This document shows positions 49,052 through 60,970 of a stretch of DNA of 64,000 nucleotides, piece after piece. This stretch comes from Lama glama (lineage: Eukaryota). Below the pieces are notes generated by a model. That model was not told the origin of the DNA and did no database searches. It was given only the letters and a program-made list of their open reading frames with translations. Location of the stretch: contig CM052816.1 of assembly GCA_028534125.1 (NCBI GenBank), forward strand, positions 4,652,001 to 4,716,000. The letters run 5' to 3'. A program made the position numbers and the translations under genes. Every line of letters starts with the position of its first letter. The first letter of the stretch is position 1.

Positions 49052-50529
49052 CTAAACTGCACCACTTCCGATACCCCTTTGGACACTGGGGCTAAGGAGA
49101 GGGAGGAAGAAAACTTCACTACAAAGGAAAATTCCCCGTCATATTCCAGCTCTGCTTTTACCTTCCAGGGGCCTCTGTTACAATTTCCAGAACATCTAAA
49201 CCCAAACCCAGCGTCTGTGGCTACTTATGTCTGCTCACCTTGGCTCCTTTTAGAGTTCACATCCTTCCTGGGCCTTGGGGGAGAAGGCCTGGTGGGCAGG
49301 GGGATCCTACAGCCAAGACATGCTGGCGCAGGGGGAGGACAAGAGGAATCTGTGCCAGGCAATGGCGCCAGTGGACTGTTTGCGAGGCTGCGGGTTCGTT
49401 GGCAGCTGAACACCAGCTTTTAGAAGCGCACGCTACTCGGTTTTGCAGACACATTTGATCCTTCACACTCAGCCCTGAAGAAATCAGCTGACCCCATCTC
49501 CATGTCTTTGCCAAAATAAGCAGACTGTGGAATTGCAGAAAGACGGGCGTCTGGAGAGTCATTAGACGATGAGGCAACCACTACCCAGTGACTTTAGAGC
49601 CACACATTAAATAATCTGATAAATATCACACATAAATATGCTATAACCTGGCTGGCAGGCTGGGAGCCCCGGGAAGCCATTACCTCGGCAGGCTCAGCGC
49701 TCCCATGAGGTGAGAGGGAGGTTTCCACACACACGAGGGGAGGCTAGGTCACTGCCCGGCAGCAGACAGGGCCAGGACGCCAGAGCACACAGCCTCCAGC
49801 TGACGGCTCTTTGCATCATCACCCAGATCCCCTTCTTGTCTGGCTACTGAGGAAGAGTATCTTTCAGTCCATTGATTGGGTTTCCAAAGCCCTGAGAGTG
49901 CTTGGTGGTGGCAGGAGGCTGGGGGGAGGACTTGCTGTGGGGGAAACAGGAAAACAAAGAGAAAACTATCAGGCACTTTTCCCTGGATGATGGGGCATCA
50001 CTCCTCAGACTGAAAAATGAAACTGTAAGTCCATGGGGTATTTGTTCATGGCAGAAGAAGGGATCAAGAGCTCTTCCATCATTTACTAGCTTCTTATTAA
50101 TTCAACAACTACCATGTGCCGGTCACCCCAGCTGGGTCCTGGGCACTCAAAGATGCACTACCTGCCCTCCTTACATCTGGAAGCTTATACCCCAGCCAAC
50201 AAAACAGACTGCAGAGAACACAGCACTGCAAGGGCTGCAACAGAAGTGTGAGCAAGTACGGTGGGGACATGGAGAAAGGGATCATTTGTGTGCCTGCTCT
50301 GGCCTCCTGCTCCTTGTTAGAAAATCAGCCCTGGCCCCATATCACAGAGGCTGTCTTCATGGCATCAGCCCAGGAAGACAGCTGTCACGTGACTGAACCT
50401 ACCCATGTCCTTCCTCTCGGAACTTGGAACTAATACCAGATACTTCTCTTCCTCTCTGTGGGCTACCTGGACTGAGAGGTCACATAGGTCCACCTGGACA
50501 GTTATTTTCCCCCACGTTCATGGAGAAGG

Positions 50530-51005
50530 AAAATTCAATAGACTATTCATAAGAACTAAACAACCCAAATGGGGTGGAAACAACCCAAATGGCCATCAAC
50601 TGATGAATAGGTACACAAAGCATGTACATTGATCTAATGGAATATTAGTCAGCCATGAAAAAAGAATGAAGTACTGATACCTGATACAACACGAATGAGC
50701 CTTGAAAACACTAAACCAGGTGAAATATGCCAGACACAAAAGCCATATATGTATGAAATTCCCAGAATAGGTAAATCCAACAGAGACAGAAAGCAGATTA
50801 GTGGTCACCTGGGGCTAAGGAGAGGGAGGAAGAAAAAATGACTGCTAACTGAGGACAGAATTTTTTAGGGGGTGGGGGAATGATGAAAAAGCTCTGAAGC
50901 TAGATAGTAATGATGGTTGCACAACTCTGTGAATGTGCTAGAAGCCACTGAATTGTATAATTTAAAATCATTAAAATGGTGAGTTTTTCTGTTATGAGAA
51001 TTTTC
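50530..51005 (+). mobile_element. L1MB-like 3' end
   Basis: 'gaaacaacccaaatggccatcaactgatgaat', 'gagacagaaagcagattagtgg', 'gatggttgcacaactctgtgaatg'. Confidence 0.85.
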
Positions 51006-51929
51006 CTTTGGGAAAAAGAAATTTAGTAGCCTTATGTTACTCTTTTGAAATGAACTTGTTTCAGTAGGTCTGTGTCCATCACAACTAGAAATCACTGACC
51101 AAAACTAAAGTGACTGTGTTAAATGTTTTCTCTGGGGCACACAACTCTTAGGCACCAGAAGCTGGACAAACCTATGTCCTGTTGATTGGTGACCTAGCTC
51201 CTTCTCCTCCATACCACACCCTCACTTAACCAGAGGTGGAAAGGCTTCTGTATCTTTTGAACAGAGAGCTGACCGCTTCCCAAAACTGGCCAATAGGTGG
51301 TCAGCATCCATCCAAGTATGTTTATTTGGGTCCAGACAGCAGAAACCAGACTTTATTAAAAGGATGTTATAGCAAGCCTCTTTGCTTCCCTGCTTGCATG
51401 AAAATTCTTAATGGCTCCAATGCCCAGGTGTCATTTTTTTCAGCAAAATCTAGTATTTATGCCATTTCTAGGCAAAGAACATTTGAGGCTCCTGTAATGC
51501 ATCACTCTTCGTTTTGCTCCACAACACAGGCTGGACCAATCGCACAGCCATTTGTCACCACGTCCCCCCTCACCACATCCCAGGTGCAGGGTTAGGTATA
51601 TCATTTGCAGAGGCAGGGAAAAAACCTGAGTCAATGTAGCAGAAACTTCCTGATCTGGTTGTCTCACAGAATCCTGGATGTAGAAGAGAACCAGACACTT
51701 TGAAAAGTCACTGAACTTTTGTATTAAAAAGAAAACTCAAAGCTTTGATTTTGCTCTGAAGTTTGAACATTGTATTTATTTATTGCCAGTGATGTTTACA
51801 GGTTAAGTAATAATAAACTTTAGGGGAACAAAGATGGGGGAGTGGGTATGTACTTTCTACTTTCAAGTTGCTCACAAGAAGATAAAGTCTTTGTGCGAGT
51901 GTGTGACACAGACTAGGTTCACCTCTCAC

Positions 51930-52050
51930 ATGCGTAGGCTCTATCGTCCTCCCTTACAGATGGGGAAAGTGAGGCTCAGAAGGTCCCGTGACTTGCATCA
52001 AGTTCACAAGTGAACATTAAGTTAGTGAGAAAGGCAGGTTTGATCTCAAA
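51930..52050 (-). mobile_element. MIR SINE
   Basis: 'ttacagatggggaaagtgaggctcaga...gtgacttgc'. Confidence 0.75.
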
Positions 52051-52539
52051 CCCCATTTTCTAAACTACCATGTGATAATTGAGTGATTACATAATCATGA
52101 ATATTTTAGAATCACGTGTTGAATGGAAGACAGTGCTTTACAGCACTTTGTAATTTTCAAAGACATTTCACACTTGGGACAGACACTGAGAGCTGCGGCA
52201 CTTCTGAGACTAGGAAGGCCTTAAAGGCTGGAGACTACGGGTGAGATTCCATAGGAGGGGTAGGCTTTGAAGGGCAGGTTGCATTCTAATAATTAACAAG
52301 GAAATGAGGACGACAACATGAGATAAGGAGAACAACAAAGGAGCAGGTATGGGAGAGTGGTAAAGAGCTGGGTGTGGCAAGGCAGGAATCTCTTAATGGA
52401 ATGTCATCGCTAATGAAGCACCACAAAGATACTTCCTTTGGGATCCTCTCCTCATGGATAGCCAGTAATAACAGCTACCATCCACCAGGCAGTTTACAGG
52501 AAAGCCAGTCACAGTGCTAAGGACTATTGGTAACTATCA

Positions 52540-52960
52540 GCTTTGGCTACCCTCTTTGGGAACCAACCACCAGCCCCCCGGGGTAGTCACACGCACACGT
52601 GTTCAGATCATACTGTTCTCTCAAAGCTGAATCCAACCCCAGCCCTCAGGTGAGCCTTGTGACCCAGGCCTACACCACCTGGAGAATCCTATGTGAACCA
52701 GCCAAGACTGGTCTCAATACTGGTTCAGAGATGGACATAATGACCAGTCAGAGCTAATGATACAAACCTTCCCCTGCAAGGGTGTAAGGGTTGGAGCTCC
52801 TGTTGCCATCTTGCTGAAGAGAGGCAACATTCTCATCACACTGTTGGAGCCCTGAATCTAGCCCTACTCTTGGATTTCTGCTTTGGTGAGCAATCAGTTG
52901 CCTTTTGGCTTTTGGTTTGAGATCAGTTTTTGGCCACTTTCAATGGAAGAAGCCCTAATT
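52540..52960 (+). mobile_element. Old MaLR LTR (MLT1K/L-like)
   Basis: 'tgtgacccaggcc', 'ctggttcagagatggacat', 'ggagccctgaatctagcc', 'cacttt...agccctaattgaca'. Confidence 0.6.
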
Positions 52961-54054
52961 GACAGAAGCACATAAATGCACCTCATGTGACTCGCACAGC
53001 AATACCACCAGGTGGGCATTATTAACGGGCCTCGTTCCTTTCTGGGATAAGGAATTAAAGCACAGAGAGATCAAGTCCCATGCAGGGTGAGCGGGGCAGG
53101 ATCTGAACCCAGACAACGTGGCTCGAGAGCCCTCCCTCCCCACCAGCGTACCAGCTGGCTGGTGTCTAGCACCGCTCTTATGAAACAAGACTCTCCACAA
53201 GCCTGAAATAAGTCTTTTCACTCAAAATAGTTCCGAAAGCTTAAAATAACTTAGAGGGTGTAAATTTTCTCAAGCTCCTTGAGGTTTGCAATGATCCCTT
53301 TCTGGCTTCAGTTGTCTCCCTGAAAAGAATCACTGAAGCAATAAAAATGTCTCTCCAAGTCATCCCTCAACTGCTGATACGTCATTTTCCCAAAAATTAC
53401 AGGTTAAAAATAACAGTGCACAGAAGTGAAGACTACATGGCAGCTAACATGGACGGGAGGAAGGAAAAAGAAGGTCCTGACCAAATGCTGTACGTGCCAG
53501 CACGCAGGAAGTCTGGATCAACGTTTGGTCATTTAGAAGTCTATCCCTTAATGAAAGGGTGCTTCTGCCCATCACAAGAAGTCTGGGATGGGCGGCACGA
53601 GGAGCCACAGCTGCTACTTCCTACATGCTGTGGAAATTCAAAAGCATAAAGTTAAACACATGCCGGCTAAGAGGACCGTTCCGACATTCAGACCTTACGG
53701 GGACAAGTCTCTCTCGTTGCTCAGTTTCCTAGCGATGTGCCAGAGGCTTGGGAACTCCTTGGTGGAGGAAGAAGTAGCAATCCTGACATGAAGGGAAAGC
53801 AAGGAGGCTGCACCAGGTTGTAATCGTGGCCTCAAACAACTCAAAGCCCTATTGGGATTCCCAGGAAGCATCAGAGGCAACTCCAGCCATGAGTGCCCCT
53901 GGGCTTCATCAGGGTCATGGAGGGAAAGGGCCTGGAGCTGGGGACAGGAGAGCGCAGCTGCAGTTCAGACTGCCACTAGCTTCGAGCCTCACGTTACCAA
54001 TTACAAAATGACGCATTAAGACTGTATGTTTTTGCTGGATTCCATTAAATAGTA

Positions 54055-54270
54055 GAGCGTTGTATAGCACGGGGCATGAAAGCACTGGGCTTCGGAATCA
54101 GAGCTCAATCCCCATCTCAACTATGAGCTTCTCCCCATGTGACCCTGAGCAAGCTACGTCACCTCACAAGCCTCGCTTCTCCGTCTGTAAAATGAGAGAA
54201 ATACTGCCTACCTCTTGCAGCTTTTGCAAAAGTTAAATGAGAGAATACTCTGAGCACAGTTCCTTGCTCT
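54055..54270 (+). mobile_element. MIR SINE
   Basis: 'tgtgaccctgagcaagctac...tctgtaaaatgagagaaatactgcctacctc'. Confidence 0.85.
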
Positions 54271-56564
54271 GCATCAAGAATAAATAAAAAATAAAAGATT
54301 AATCATCACTATCTTACGGGCACTGTTAATAAAGTTTAAAATTCTATCTAGTTGCCAGAGCAGTAATGCCCTTTCTCCCAAAAACCATACCTGAAGGCTT
54401 CCTGGCAAATGCTGGCAATATAAAGATTTGGTCTTGAGCACAAATAGGGTTTTGGTTTTGGTTTACTATTTTATATTATCACTATTCTTACCAAAACGCA
54501 GAGATGAGACTGTATCTGAATAGTCCCAAGCACATGTTGACAGTACAAGGACTTGGCCTCAATCTGACTAGTACGAAACTCTGGGAGCCAATAGCCGGGC
54601 AGGTTAGCCTGTAACACCAGCACGTCACCGAGCCTGGCCACCCTCCAGCATAATCCTGCCTCACTGCCTTTAAGGTGATCTTTTGAGAAATGCACACTTA
54701 GTCACACATTAAGTCTTGGCCGTTCCCTCTCAAGGATCACCCACTGTCATTTGGATTCTGTCCAAATGATTAAGAGAAAACATCCTTTACCATCCATACG
54801 TCTGCAGCTTAAGAGTAATTCTGGCGAACCTCGGGACTTAACAGTATCTGCCTGGCCCAAAATCTGCATTTTTGACCAGTCCGTGCGCAACTCCCAAGGT
54901 CGGGAGCCTGGCATGGGAAGTGCTGCTGTCGGGGAAGTCAGGCAAACTGAGTAACAGTAGCTGCAGGTACAGTGGCTCCTTTTTGACTTGGTTTGTTTGC
55001 CCCAAGGCAGCCTCTGCTTAAGGAGTCTGTACTTGGTCACAGAAGGCCACATGGATCATTCCAATCTCTGTAGCTCAGCACTCTCAGTGTCTACACCACG
55101 CGATTAAATGCCTAATTATGCCCCATCTGGTGGTAGTCTGATTATCTTGTGAGTTTCCAGGCAGAGTGGAAAGAACAGCAGACTAGCCATCGCAACACCA
55201 GGTCCCAGCTCCAGTTCCGTCACTGATGCTCACGTGGCCACGGGTAGGCACAGCAGCCACGGAGGTGACACATGGATCCCTCTTCAAGAGGGGACCTGCC
55301 ACTCAGCTACAAGGAGTCGAGCTGTCTGACAGCCTGGAGCTGCAGCACCTTCAGGATCTGCCTCAAGCTTTGGATGCTTTTCCCAGACACTCCCCAGCCA
55401 ATTACTCAACATGGTGAGGATAAGGCGGCCTGGCCATCTCTGTTCCACCTGGAACTCCTCTAATGGGCAGTCTGTGCTCTGGAGCTCCCCACCTCTGTCA
55501 GATGCACACCGTGATCTGAGGCTTTTGCCCCCCAAAGCCCTGCTTCCTCCCCTTTTCCTTACATAGGCATCAGATGGACACCAAGGTCTGAAGCTTTCCC
55601 TGATCCATCTGCCTCCTCCCCTCGTATCTTTCATGAGGGTTACCAATGGGTTGTGCTCTGAACTCAGTCTCAACAACTCCGTCTTGGAACGCTCAACTGT
55701 CACAGAATTAACTTTTCTAAATATGGGTTGACTTTTCTTTTAAAGCAGGTGTAAATAGTTATAATAAAGAGGAGGGAGAAAGGGGGAGGAGGGGGAAAAG
55801 GAGACAATTTTGCAGGATAGTATCTCAAGGTACAAACAGACAGCCCCCTCCCTCCGACTTCTCCACACCCTCTCAGCATCCCACCACCACCATTGTTTTC
55901 TCCAAGGAATTCTTTGCATCAGGGATGGCTGATAGGACAGAGAAACAGAGAGACTTTGAGTTTCTAAGGCACACCTTGAAGTCATAACACTCAGCCTTTT
56001 TGATGTTAACACATCTAAGACCTGAAGCACTAGGGACAAAGCTTGTATCCTAAAAAAAGAATAGATTTGAAAGAGAAAATGTTATGCCTTGTGATCCTCT
56101 AAGTAGATACTGAGTAGATGGAGGAAAGTAGAAAGAGGAGGAAGGTTTGGGGAGGGGGAGGTCAGTGGACCTTGGCACTGAAGTAACTGACCCTCAGAGA
56201 GCCATGGGAAGGTGACCACCATCGTCACTGTCATTGCAATGGATCCCAGAGCTGCCCTTGGGGCCCTAACCCGCTGACTTCCCAGTCTCCCTCTGGATGA
56301 GCCCCTGCCTGGGCGATGCCGTGGGATCTCCATAAGCTGTCCTTGCTCTGGGGGACCTCCCCCTGATCCCAGCCAGGAGAAGCGTCACCTCTCTGGGGCC
56401 TGATATGTTACTCCATCTCCTTTCAACTTCCTCCACATGGATAACCTCTTTATCAACAGCTTGGGAAAGCGTAAACTTCACATTCCTCAAGGAGTGGTGC
56501 TGCATGGTGGCATGGGAAGAGAAGCAGTCCCTACCCCAACTTACAACGGTGGTGAAATGGAGAT

Positions 56565-56770
56565 AGTAATAATTATTTTATATAGCTCAATATATACCTG
56601 AATATACCTGGCTCTGTGAGCTGTTCTTTCCAGAAGTATCTCCATGCGTCCCCACAACAACTCCAAGAGGTAGGTCACTTCGCCCATTTTATTGACAAGG
56701 TAACTGAGGCTCAGCAACTTGCCCAAACTCACTTGGCTATAAGGCAAAGAGCAGGCTTGCACTTAATTTA
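56565..56770 (-). mobile_element. MIR SINE
   Basis: 'cccattttattgacaaggtaactgaggctcagcaacttgcccaa'. Confidence 0.8.
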
Positions 56771-57059
56771 GGTCCCTTCAAATCTACAACACTACCCTCC
56801 TTGAGGACAAGATATCTTAGGCTCCATCTCTTCCCCCTCCCACATCACACTCAGCCTAGTTTTAGACAGCTAGAAGATGCTCAAATATTTTGGGCTTTGA
56901 CTAACCAATTGAGATACTTTCCCCTCACAGGAGGGAAAAAAAAAAATAAAAACCCTGCTTAAAATGTATCTCCATTTTCTCCCTACCAGTAGAATTCCTG
57001 GCACAGCTGCCTGGAAGGAGGTGGGAGGCTGTGAAGGTACAGCCACGTAAGAGATCATA

Positions 57060-57400
57060 TTTCAGTCTTTTCATTTCATTTGACAGGAGGAATACTGATT
57101 AAAATCAGCTGCACATGTCAGGGAAGGGTATCCGGGTTCTTCATTTTTTTTCCTGCACTGAGGCAGCCCCAACTGTACTTCGGGAGATAACTCTTCATGC
57201 ATATAATTACTAATAGACACCATCTATCTGATGAATGCCTTCTCCTTAATAATTTATATCACTTGATCTATTTTCAAAGGTTAGTCTTACATTAAAATTA
57301 CAATTCTGAATAGGTCAGCCTGCTATTTAAGGATAAATTATTTCACCCCTTCATGTTAGTGTTGTGTTTAGTTAATGGTGAGGTTTTTATTTCTAGCCCC
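57060..57400. promoter_or_regulatory. Candidate conserved non-coding element
   Basis: 'tttgacagg', 'tgattaaaatcagctg', 'atgtcag', 'ataattactaatag', 'taataatttat', 'gataaattatt' in an AT-rich unique block within GC-richer flanks. Confidence 0.4.
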
Positions 57401-57879
57401 CAATGAAACCATGAAAGAAACTGCTGATTTGACCCAGCCTCTCTCACCCTCAGTCTTGTGCCTTGATTCATGCTGACTCATTCTCAGTAACCAGCCTGCA
57501 TGTTTTAAGACACTATCTTCCCATCCTTGGCCTCTTGTTACTTTTCTACTTGTCTCTCCCCTCTTTATCTGGCCATGCCCCCCCCCTCAGTTCCTCTTCT
57601 CACCCTATCACCCCACTTTCCAGCCAAAGAACAACCCACTCTCGGGCCCTCTCATTAGACACAGAGCTCTACGCTCTCTCATCACTGGTCCATTCCATTC
57701 CAAAGAGGTGGTACCTATAAAGATGGTCCACATGGCTTTTCCCAGGCTCTGACTCATCACCCACTCAGCAAGTAAGAACGGAGAGTCCCTGTAGTCAGCG
57801 GAAAGAAGACTAGAGGGAAGCTAGTTTGAGTCCAGTACAATCCAGTCTAGTTGGTAATCCACACCTGCTTCCCATTTTC

Positions 57880-58050
57880 TCAGTTAAAGAACACAGGCTT
57901 TGAAGTCCGACAGACCCAGGTTCGAACCCCACATTTCTTATTACTTAGCAATTTGGAGCAATAAAACCTGAGAGTCAGTTTCTTTTATGCAGTGAAGATC
58001 GTCCTATCTTACTCGGGATTATTTTAAGAGTTGAGAAGTTAAAATAGAAA
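57880..58050 (+). mobile_element. MIR SINE
   Basis: 'gttaaagaacacaggctttgaagtccgacagacccaggttcgaaccc'. Confidence 0.8.
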
Positions 58051-58147
58051 AAAAAAAGAATCCCATAGAATGAAAACTCAACAGGAGGCAGTTAATAAAA
58101 GTTTGTTAAAAGAACCATGAATGAGTGGATGATCAATAAATGACTAT

Positions 58148-58235
58148 TGTATATATAACATTCGCTTTGCTGTACACCTGAAAGTAACAATGTAAATCAA
58201 CTACACGTCAATAAAAAAATAAGAATTAAAAAAAT
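58148..58235 (+). mobile_element. Short L1_Art-like 3' end with A-rich tail
   Basis: 'ctttgctgtacacctgaaagtaacaatgtaaatcaactacacgtcaataaaaaaat'; possible TSD aatgactatt/aatgtctatt. Confidence 0.75.
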
Positions 58236-58264
58236 AAATCAATGTCTATTATCAAATCATTTTT

Positions 58265-58383
58265 TTAAGGGGGAGAGGTATTCGGTTTATTGATTTTTAG
58301 AGGAGATACTGGGGATTGAACCCAGGACTTCATGCATGCTAAGCATGCACTCTACCACTGAGCTATACCTCCTACCCTTCAGA
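58265..58383 (-). mobile_element. tRNA-derived SINE (camelid Vic-1-like)
   Basis: Minus strand: 'ggtatagctcagtggtagagtgcatgcttagcatgcatgaagtcctgggttcaatccccagt' (A box, B box), 3' unique part and A tail; TSD caaatcattttt at 58253-58264 and 58384-58395. Confidence 0.85.
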
Positions 58384-58384
58384 C

Positions 58385-58440
58385 AAATCATTTTTAATGA
58401 AAAAGGTATTTGAAATCATTTTTAATGAAAAAGGTGTTTG
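58385..58440. repeat. 28-bp tandem duplication (1 mismatch)
   Basis: aaatcatttttaatgaaaaaggtatttg / aaatcatttttaatgaaaaaggtgtttg. Confidence 0.9.
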
Positions 58441-58489
58441 GTCAAGATGACTGGAAAGGCCAGGTTGAAGAAAGATCACCTGCCGTATT

Positions 58490-58700
58490 GAATAGTGGTT
58501 AAGAGCACAGTTCTTTCAGGCCCACCTTCAGACCCCAACCCCACCACTAACCCGCTACACTCACATTTGACAAGTTGCTTAACCTCCAAGTTTCCTGTCC
58601 GTAAACATGATAAATAATGGTCCATCATGCTGGTGGAGGTCTAAATGAGAAAGTGCCTGGAAAACAGTTGGCTCAGCGCCCAATGGAGAATAAGCCCTTT
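58490..58700 (+). mobile_element. MIR SINE
   Basis: 'atagtggttaagagcacag...gacaagttgcttaacctccaagtttcctg'. Confidence 0.8.
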
Positions 58701-60579
58701 ATACACAGAAGGCATCACTGTTAAGGTAAACAGAAGTAACACAGAATGAAAGCTCTCACTTGCATCTAGCTTGTGGTGCAACTGTAAAGCCTGACTGAGA
58801 AGATGCTTTGTAACCTGAAGTGTGTGAACACATAGGGATTTTTTTTTATTACTTCTATTATTTGGAAGAATAATGGACTGAATCGATGACTTTTATTGGA
58901 ACAAGCAGCAACTCCATGAGGCCTTTCTTCAGTTGACGTGCCTGGGTGAGCACAAATGCTTGAGAAAGGGATACGACTGGCTTCACTAGAGGCTCATTTC
59001 TGTCGCTGCTCTGAGCCTGCAGACTCAAAGCGTGGCTGCGGAAAAGAGAGGCTGAAGTCATGTGTGGGGAACTTAATCGATGCTCTGAAGCCGTTGCCAG
59101 TAAACACGCCCAGGAGGTAGGTAAGTTCACACTGTTTTATGGGAGGAAGGTTTTTTATTGGTAATTTCACGTAATTGTGAAACTGGATCACTGGGCTGGA
59201 GGTTTTCTGTGAATTCGGCAGGGAGCCTTTCCTGCTTCCCAGCCTTAGCGAGGCCCTCTGGGAGCCACTGGCTGTGACCTGCCATTTTCTGGGTGAAGAG
59301 TTTTCTCTCAAGGGGCCAAGAGAAGGAAACAAAGAAAGACCTTCAGAAGGAAACAGGGCCCGTTGGTTATTTTCCCAGGCTCACTCCCACATCCCCAGGG
59401 GTGCCTGTTACCGTAAGCCTCTGTTTCTTAGGGTTCTTTGGGCTATTGGCATCAGAGATCCCCTAGCCAGCCATGCTGGGGAAGAGATGCTCTTACGGTG
59501 GTGAGTCCTCTGGAACAGACAGGACCCAAACCAGAACCCCTTCAAGAACCAGGTGTTGGCCCCCTTCTCATGCACAAGCTTCACACTGAGGCGCCTTCAC
59601 CCTCTCCCGTGGATTTCCCGGTCTCTGCTCTACTTTGCCTCCTTGTACAGCTGCTCCAGTCTCTCAGGCTGGCTCCTCCGCTCCTTCACAAAGGTGGCAG
59701 AGGATCATTGTATCTGGCTCTGAAGTTTGACTTAAGTTCAAACAACTAGCAGAGAACTGACCACGTGGGTGAGACACAGTTGGGTCAGGTGCACATCACC
59801 TTTGTCTGCTGGGACCCATGGTAACAACAGGGCTGCCAGGGCCTCCTGAGGCAGTTGTCAGAGAAGAGTCACAGGCTGAGCACGTCTCCTAGTAGGTATC
59901 TTCTGCACTGAGGTACGAAAACACGACACTTTTAATTCCTAGAGATGAGGACCAACTTTGGGCTAAGTATGTTAACAAATGTAGAGAACAGCTACCCATG
60001 GCTTCCTTCTTCCTCAGCCTTCATGGTCTTAAGAGACGTATGTTACTCCCAGTCCAAAGAACATTTCCATGTGTGCTCAGAGCAGACGAGGTAAAGGTGG
60101 AACTGACCCTTAAATCTGCCTCTGCTAATGGCTCAGTTTGAAGAGGAGTAACTTGCAGAGCACATATGAAAGTGGAGGTAGAAACACTCATCTCATGTCA
60201 GTTTGGGCTTCTTATTTCTGCTTTGTTCCAAAGCCACAGATAGAATCTGAGGATCTTACCATGACTTAGCTGATAGCCACACAATACTAGATAAATTGAG
60301 TTAAATGCCAACTGTGTTGCTGATGGATTTTTATAATGACCCCTTCCTTCCCAGAACATTGTTTTCAAAGTATCATCTCATAACTCATTTGGCCTCACAA
60401 GCCAAAGGCTATTTCTCTTCATGCTATAGCTGGAAAAATTGAGCCTCAGAAGGATGGCGTGGTCTCCCAAAGTCAACTGACTAATAAATGACAGAGCCGC
60501 GAACAAAATTCACATCTGCTCGTTCATAATCCCATTGCCTTTTTCCTGTATTGCTTTGCTTCCCTACAGGAAAACTATT

Positions 60580-60970
60580 TGTTATTTCTCCTTTTGCCTC
60601 TTCAGAGCTCCCCTCCACCACTCTCCATCCTGCTTGATGCCCTGGGAGGATGACTTGTTCAACTGAATTAACAGAATCCCGTGGCCTCTAGCTTCTAGTG
60701 AGTTAAGTCGATGAGAGACACCAGCAAGAAATCAGAGCATGAGGTCGCAGTGTACTACCTGGATTCCATCCTGCAGAATCTCCCTATCAAAGGCCACGGC
60801 ATCTTTTGGACAGCCCCTGCTTCCTCCCCTTGATCTTTCAGGGCTAAGGGTGGTATTATGACCTAGACTTCTTTATTGGTTTCCCTTAGCCCTTTCTTCT
60901 GTTAAACTCCCCTGAATTAGCCCACCCATTTGTGGGTCCCATTCTTTTCCTGCCGGAACTATGATCAGCA
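60580..60970. mobile_element. Old ERVL-type LTR (LTR33/LTR16-like)
   Basis: 'ctccatcctgc...gccctgggagg', 'ttcagggctaagggtggta', 'ttttcctgccggaact'. Confidence 0.55.

Noticed and set aside
43240..50433. Many overlapping 70-165 aa ORFs
   Set aside because: Expected in GC-richer non-coding DNA; no recognisable domains, many overlap MIR/L2/MITE, and several start at non-ATG codons.
53005..55135. CTCF-like motifs CCACCAGGTGGGC (53005) and CCACCAGATGGGGC (minus, ~55120)
   Set aside because: Both miss the conserved C after GG, and the first lies in a MIR; not supportable without ChIP data.
58290..58380. tRNA-like sequence with A and B boxes
   Set aside because: Has a non-tRNA 3' extension, A tail and TSD, so it is a SINE rather than a tRNA gene.
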